Shown here piece after piece: positions 59,218 through 64,000 of a stretch of DNA of 64,000 nt. The first letter of the stretch is position 1. Every line of letters starts with the position of its first letter. Source of the stretch: an uncultured Gammaproteobacteria bacterium (lineage in GTDB: Bacteria > Patescibacteriota > Microgenomatia > Levybacterales > UBA12049); contig CAYZZF010000002.1 of NCBI GenBank assembly GCA_964483115.1, forward strand, positions 5,493-69,492, written 5' to 3'. A program made the translations under genes and the position numbers. The notes under the pieces are model-generated. The model had not been told where the DNA came from. It saw only the letters and a program-made list of their open reading frames with translations, and ran no database searches.

Positions 59218-60518
59218 TATAAAAAGCTTATTGGAAAAAGAGTAGCTGATTCTCTTCCCTTTTTAAGATTATACATGCTCTCACTGTACAATGTATAGAG
59301 GATTTCTCCGCTTTTGACTTTTTCCCCAATCTTTTTATTCAAAAAAATTCCTGATCCTTTTTGAATTGGAGCTCCCAAAAATTTTGCGACAACAGTCAGA
59401 TTTTCGCTATTTACACTTTTTACAATGCCATTTTTTGTCGCTCTTAGTTTAAATGAGAATTTTCCTGGTTTTAGATTTCTGCTGTCTATATTTGGATTCC
59501 CTCCTTGTTCTTTGATTATTTCCTTTATCTTTTTTAAAGCAAGGCCGCTTTTTAAGATTGCTCTTGCCCAACCAAAACCGTCTTTATATTTGCTTCTAAC
59601 ACTTTCATTAAGATTTTTTGAAGAATCCTTAAGGCAGAGCTCTAAAAGATTGCCTGCAAGATCAATACTTCTTTTTTCAAGATCATTAGGCCGGTTTGGT
59701 TTTTGTTCAAGCACTCTTAATGCTTCTTGAGTTTCTAAAATAGGGCCAACACCGCGGCCTGCCGGTTCGTCAGTCTTATGAATTAAAACTTTTATTTTTA
59801 TATTAAACTTTTTAGCCAAAAATCCAAATTTGTCTTTTAGAATTTCGGCGTCTTTTATTCTATGTACTTTTACCATTCTCCCATATGGAAGATCTATCAC
59901 CACATGGTTTGAACCAAAAGCAACCTTCTTGGCCATTATAGAAACTAAGATCTTGTCAAAACTTTCAAAAAGCAGGGGCTTTTCAACATTTATTATTACG
60001 TCATCAGCAGGTGCAATGCTAAAAGTCCCTCCCCAAACAATACAGCCGTTTGTCTTTTCTACAATTTTATAAATTTTGTCTTTTGGTAATTCAACCGGCG
60101 ATAGTACTTCCATATCATCAGCCGTTCCACCGGGAGTTGTTATTGCCCTTGATGAGCTTTTGGGAATAGTAAAACCTGCCGTGGCAACAATTGGTACGAC
60201 AATCAAAGTCGTTCTTGTCCCCGGTACCCCGCCAATCGAGTGTTTATCAGCAACAATGCTCTTGTTAAAATCGAGATGTTCTCCTGTATCAACCATAGCG
60301 CGGGTCAAATAATATAGTTCTTTATTGGTAAAACCTTTAGAGTAGCCCGACGCGGCAAAATATGTGGTCAGCACTTCCCCGAGTCTATTTTTTGCTATCT
60401 CATCCATTACAGCGTAGATTTCCTTGTATGTTAATGTTTTGCCAACTAACTTTTTTCTTATAGCATTAAGTGCCTTTCTTAATTCCTCCTCCTCGTTTTT
60501 AAATACTTTTTGTTTCAC
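59217..60518 (-). CDS. AMP phosphorylase / thymidine-phosphorylase-family nucleoside phosphorylase (archaeal-type)
   Basis: DKHSIGGVPGTRTTLIVVPIVATAGFTIPKSSSRAITTPGGTADDME. The SSRAIT...GGTAD pattern fits AMP phosphorylase better than bacterial DeoA (SGRGLGHTGGTLD). Confidence 0.75.
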   Translation of the reverse strand: MKQKVFKNEEEELRKALNAIRKKLVGKTLTYKEIYAVMDEIAKNRLGEVLTTYFAASGYSKGFTNKELYYLTRAMVDTGEHLDFNKSIVADKHSIGGVPGTRTTLIVVPIVATAGFTIPKSSSRAITTPGGTADDMEVLSPVELPKDKIYKIVEKTNGCIVWGGTFSIAPADDVIINVEKPLLFESFDKILVSIMAKKVAFGSNHVVIDLPYGRMVKVHRIKDAEILKDKFGFLAKKFNIKIKVLIHKTDEPAGRGVGPILETQEALRVLEQKPNRPNDLEKRSIDLAGNLLELCLKDSSKNLNESVRSKYKDGFGWARAILKSGLALKKIKEIIKEQGGNPNIDSRNLKPGKFSFKLRATKNGIVKSVNSENLTVVAKFLGAPIQKGSGIFLNKKIGEKVKSGEILYTLYSESMYNLKKGRESATLFPISFL

Positions 60519-60667
60519 CCTGCCCCTCCTTTTATCTGCTTTACTGCCAAAGCTATAATGCCTTTTAGCAAAGAGAGTATAAAATAAATTGCAGAGTTGA
60601 TAATCCGATAAATAGTCGGCCAGATTTGAACCAGAATTGCTTTTAATCTATTTTCTTGTTGCATAAT

Positions 60668-61396
60668 TTAAATCTTCTCTAATCTTGCTTTCATAATAAG
60701 TCTTTTCCAAGTCGTTCCAGGAGGAGTACAAGTAACAAGAGTTAGATAAGAATTACTATAGTCTTGAGAAAATATCGAGATATCATCTGGATTAACGACA
60801 TTTATATTAAAAATTCTATAAAGATAAATCACCCCATCTACATTAACATAAACTACATCACCTTCTTGTAAGTTATATAAAGTTGCAAAGATTGTTTTGT
60901 AGTCCTTTGGATTAAAAAGCTGAGGAAGCGTTGAATGCCCAAATATTACAGCATTACCTTTATCAGGCGGAATTGCAGTCCCCTGATAGTTTACCAGATG
61001 CCTAGCAAGATCGTTATCGGTTGTTGAGACAACCGCATCTTTTATATTAAGTTTTGGGATGGAGATACTATATGTTGGAATTTTGGGCTTTTTCCCTAAG
61101 GAGGGACGGTAGCTTGGGAACCAGTTCTGCGCATTAGTATAATCCACTCCTGTTATTGTATTTTGAGCCTGATAGATTAAACTGCTAATCTCAGAAGTTA
61201 CAACATTGGTTTTTGGTATTGAGGTTGTAAAATCTTTCATGGTTGTCTTCCCTGAAAAATATATTTGCCATGACAATATAGGATAAAAAATATAAAAGAC
61301 AATAGTAAGCCCAAAAAACAGAAAAAGAAGGCTTAGGATGCGAAAAAATTTTTTGCGACTTTTTGTGTTTCTCTTAAAGTAGTAATATTTACTCAT
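60668..61396 (-). CDS. sortase-family transpeptidase
   Basis: N-terminal TM; VIFGHS (catalytic His), LTLVTCTP (TLxTC catalytic Cys) and a downstream Arg. Confidence 0.75.
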   Translation of the reverse strand: MSKYYYFKRNTKSRKKFFRILSLLFLFFGLTIVFYIFYPILSWQIYFSGKTTMKDFTTSIPKTNVVTSEISSLIYQAQNTITGVDYTNAQNWFPSYRPSLGKKPKIPTYSISIPKLNIKDAVVSTTDNDLARHLVNYQGTAIPPDKGNAVIFGHSTLPQLFNPKDYKTIFATLYNLQEGDVVYVNVDGVIYLYRIFNINVVNPDDISIFSQDYSNSYLTLVTCTPPGTTWKRLIMKARLEKI

Positions 61397-63617
61397 TGAT
61401 TCTGATTGTAATTTTTATGTTGCCTGGTAGTATCGGAAGCATTTTGGGAATAAACGGCAGGCTAAAGTAAGACATTACATTAACATTTGAAACCTCAGGT
61501 ATTTTTGATAATATCTCCTGAGCTTGTTTTACAGACTTCCCGCTGATCTCCTTCCTTATTTTTTTATCATTAATTTTTGGTTTAACTATCGCCGTGATGG
61601 TAAGATTTGCAGAAACATCTTTATTTTCCTGCTGTCTTACATCCTTTGTTTCAACTCTTATATCAGTCGGGTCAATAGCAAGATCATTGGAAGTTTCATT
61701 TTTAAGAAGCGTTTGCGAAAATGAGATAAGATCATTTTTTGCATAAGAAATCCCTTGATATCCGACAGAACCCTTAAGCGTTACCTCGCTTGCCTCGTCT
61801 CCTACATTCTTATCGAAATTTTTATTATCAATTTTTGTATTTATAAAAACAGGAAGAAGAGTTTTATCATTGGATATCTTTTTTGAAAGGTCGTCCCTTG
61901 CCTTTTGTTCTAATTTTTTAGGCAGGTCGGCAAGTAATTTTGCCACATCATCTTTTGACACAACTTTTATATTTTTTTTTGTGCCTCCAGAAAAAGGATT
62001 GTCGTTTTTAGCGGCAATTGAGAGACTTTCTCCTATTGAAAATTTAACATTTGAAGGTAAATTATATTCCGTACCAATTTTAGTGGCAGTAACAGACATG
62101 TTGGCTTTGCCAGGAGTCGTACCTGTAAATATATCCCCCGATGCAGAAGATACAGTCACATTTTTGTCAAGAACAAATTCCAAACCATTACTAGAGGTTA
62201 TTGAGGTGTCTGATGATAGAGTTTGTGGGTCTGTGGAGTTGTTAAAAATTGTTACTGTTCCTTTTGCTTTCGTCCCTGTCTCTTTTTCCCCAGTCACAGC
62301 CGTAGAAATGCTTCCGTCCTCTGATATAGATGCAAGCTCGGCAGAAATAATACTTTTTGAAGGATTGGTAGTTGCCGATATAGAGAAGATAACATTTTGA
62401 TTCTGCTTTACAGTTTTTGGATTTATAGTAAGTGAAACCTCTGCTCGGGTTACAAATACATAAAGCAAAATAACAAGAATGATAACAGCGACAATAGGGA
62501 TTAAAAATCTAGTCTGATTTTTGGGAAGTATAGATAAACCCCTTTTTACAGGATTTTTTTTAAGATTTTTAAAAAGCCTAAAAAGAATGTCCCTTACGCC
62601 AAGAAGAATCATAGATGCAGTTTGTGGCAGTTGTTTTTTTTGAGCTTCCTCAAGTTCTTCTTCTGGGATTTCGGCAATTTGTTCGCCCACAATTTCTTGC
62701 GGGATTTGCGGCTCTTCTTTTTTGGGTGGGGGTTTCTTGGCAACATCTTTATTCTCAACAAATCCGAGATATTCTGAAGATACCTCTTCTGTTTCCCTAA
62801 GACCTTCTTTTCTCTTTTTTTCTAAACTTTCTTCTTCGATAAATTCTTCTTGTAGCTCTTCTTCAAAGACTTCAAAACCCATTTGAGTTGCCGCGCCAAA
62901 TAATACCGCTCTTGCGTCGAATTCATCGGCCAAGGTTGTTACCTGGGGAATATGGAGAAATGGCAGACTCTTGCCCCAGCGGTGATTTATAAATTCTTGG
63001 GTTATATCTTCGTCTGCGTCAAAAATTGTAATGCGAGATGGAAGAATCTCAGAAGATGTAAAATGTTTTAGAAGAGTATCAACTGTTAAAGCAGGTGAAT
63101 CAGGGATTTCTGAGGTTTTTGTTTCTGTTATCCTTCCGGCTCTAACCAGCGCAACCGAGACAAACTTCTTTCCTATTTCAACAAGAATTGTTGAAACGGG
63201 TGCACCTTCTTCTTTTGCAAGAAGGTGGGCTATAGCTTCAAAGATTACCAAAAAACCTATTGGCTCAAGGCCTAGCTCATCACTTACCTTTTTGAGTTTT
63301 AAAAGATAGTCCCTTTTTATTTTGTTGTCTTCAACCCAAGTCTCCTTGACACCAAAAATTGTTTTTATAGTCTTTGATTCTGTTGGAAGGAACTGTTCTG
63401 CAGTTGATACTGTTTTATCTAAAACCTCAAGTAATTCATCTATTGACGCATCCTCAATCGAATTTTTGAAGTGCTCTTTGTGTTTACCAACGACCCGAAT
63501 TTTACCCGAGAGTTCCTCGAAGATTACGGCATTTGCCTCTTCATTTCGAAGAACTAAGGCTAGAAAATATTCCGGTTTTTCTTTTCTCTCCAAAAAGGGC
63601 AGGGAAGGTAGTTTCAT
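61389..63617 (-). CDS. bitopic membrane protein: N-terminal actin-like (FtsA/PilM-like, degenerate) cytoplasmic domain, one TM, large S/T-rich extracellular domain
   Basis: Segments YFLALVL..AVIFEELSGKIRVVG and STILVEIGKKFVSVALVRAGRI resemble actin-fold phosphate and adenosine motifs but lack the Asp/Gly residues. TM is RFLIPIVAVIILVILLYVFV; about 380 aa lie outside. Overlaps the sortase gene. Confidence 0.45.
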   Translation of the reverse strand: MKLPSLPFLERKEKPEYFLALVLRNEEANAVIFEELSGKIRVVGKHKEHFKNSIEDASIDELLEVLDKTVSTAEQFLPTESKTIKTIFGVKETWVEDNKIKRDYLLKLKKVSDELGLEPIGFLVIFEAIAHLLAKEEGAPVSTILVEIGKKFVSVALVRAGRITETKTSEIPDSPALTVDTLLKHFTSSEILPSRITIFDADEDITQEFINHRWGKSLPFLHIPQVTTLADEFDARAVLFGAATQMGFEVFEEELQEEFIEEESLEKKRKEGLRETEEVSSEYLGFVENKDVAKKPPPKKEEPQIPQEIVGEQIAEIPEEELEEAQKKQLPQTASMILLGVRDILFRLFKNLKKNPVKRGLSILPKNQTRFLIPIVAVIILVILLYVFVTRAEVSLTINPKTVKQNQNVIFSISATTNPSKSIISAELASISEDGSISTAVTGEKETGTKAKGTVTIFNNSTDPQTLSSDTSITSSNGLEFVLDKNVTVSSASGDIFTGTTPGKANMSVTATKIGTEYNLPSNVKFSIGESLSIAAKNDNPFSGGTKKNIKVVSKDDVAKLLADLPKKLEQKARDDLSKKISNDKTLLPVFINTKIDNKNFDKNVGDEASEVTLKGSVGYQGISYAKNDLISFSQTLLKNETSNDLAIDPTDIRVETKDVRQQENKDVSANLTITAIVKPKINDKKIRKEISGKSVKQAQEILSKIPEVSNVNVMSYFSLPFIPKMLPILPGNIKITIRINE

Positions 63618-63620
63618 AAA

Positions 63621-64000
63621 TTAGTCATGGACTTTGGCATAAATTCTTCTTTGCCCATACCCAATATTTTCTTGCTTTATTATCTTAAACCTTTTGAGTC
63701 GTCCTGTAAAATCAACATGCGGCCCTCCGCAAAATTCTTTAGAATAGTCGCCTATAAAATATACTTTTACTTTATCTTCATATTTTTCATCAAAAAGTCC
63801 TATTGCCCCAAGTTTTTTTGCTCTATCAAGAGGCATTATTTCAAAATGAACAGGCAGATTCTCTTCTATCTTTTTATTTACAATGTCTTCTACTTTTGTA
63901 ATTTCACCATCGCTTAGTTTTCTTTCAAAATTAAAATCAAATCTCACCCGCTCAGTTGTGATATTTGAGCCTGTTTGGAAGACATGATTTCCCAAGACAT
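63621..64000 (-). CDS. AlaX/alanyl-tRNA-synthetase editing-domain-like protein, C-terminal part; gene continues beyond the window end
   Basis: CGGPHVDFTGRL...ENIGYGQRRIYA is a tRNA_SAD-type motif. The ORF is open to the window edge. Confidence 0.55.
   Translation of the reverse strand, partial: VLGNHVFQTGSNITTERVRFDFNFERKLSDGEITKVEDIVNKKIEENLPVHFEIMPLDRAKKLGAIGLFDEKYEDKVKVYFIGDYSKEFCGGPHVDFTGRLKRFKIIKQENIGYGQRRIYAKVHD

Noticed and set aside
61389-63617. Considered annotating as FtsA
   Set aside because: A TM segment and a 380-aa extracellular domain follow the actin-like region, and the nucleotide-binding residues are missing. It is not a canonical FtsA.

Overview
The window is low-GC (about one-third GC), gene-dense bacterial DNA with short or overlapping gene junctions, several 4-bp ATGA overlaps and some TTG starts. 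The gene content suggests a reduced-genome, Gram-positive-like (monoderm) organism of the CPR/Patescibacteria type: short IF-2, short HrcA, Zn-finger-less DnaJ, archaeal-type AMP phosphorylase, sortase, type IV pilus PilN/PilO. This lineage call is inference.

Main blocks:
(i) 1-13.8 kb, minus strand: pilN-pilO, a PT-rich surface protein, and a run of envelope-glycosylation genes (two tandem PMT/ArnT-like GT-C transferases, a Rossmann FAD oxidoreductase, DUF362, HAD, a DUF2298 membrane protein), with divergent tpiA and an LCP gene.
(ii) rpsT, murJ, lepA, a PKD surface protein, groES-groEL, a PEGA/SH3 protein, then a second glycosylation block (UbiA DPPR-synthase-like, MraY/WecA-like GT4, a third GT-C, a processive GT2), tatD, a decayed GNAT, and metG.
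(iii) A CIRCE-controlled hrcA-grpE-dnaK-dnaJ operon. It runs directly into an unusual membrane/AAA+ cluster: a 2-TM pilin-like protein, a 772-aa polytopic protein, a ClpB-like ATPase without an M-domain, a membrane-anchored extracellular HExxGH metallopeptidase, and a membrane-anchored Clp-like ATPase with a degenerate D1.
(iv) nusA, infB, a degenerate DHH protein, rpsO, pnp, a Lon reduced to its AAA+ core, rnj and ftsK flanked by an inverted repeat pair, a RodZ-like gene, a decayed methyltransferase-like remnant, DUF948/YtxH, mltG, AMP phosphorylase, a sortase, and an actin-like membrane protein.

A dispersed AT-rich repeat family (TTTTGAA-type, plus a 39-bp GC-containing core) occurs more than 8 times. 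Copies lie in 5' leaders, near terminators, and in-frame inside three CDSs. No rRNA, tRNA or CRISPR arrays were recognised.
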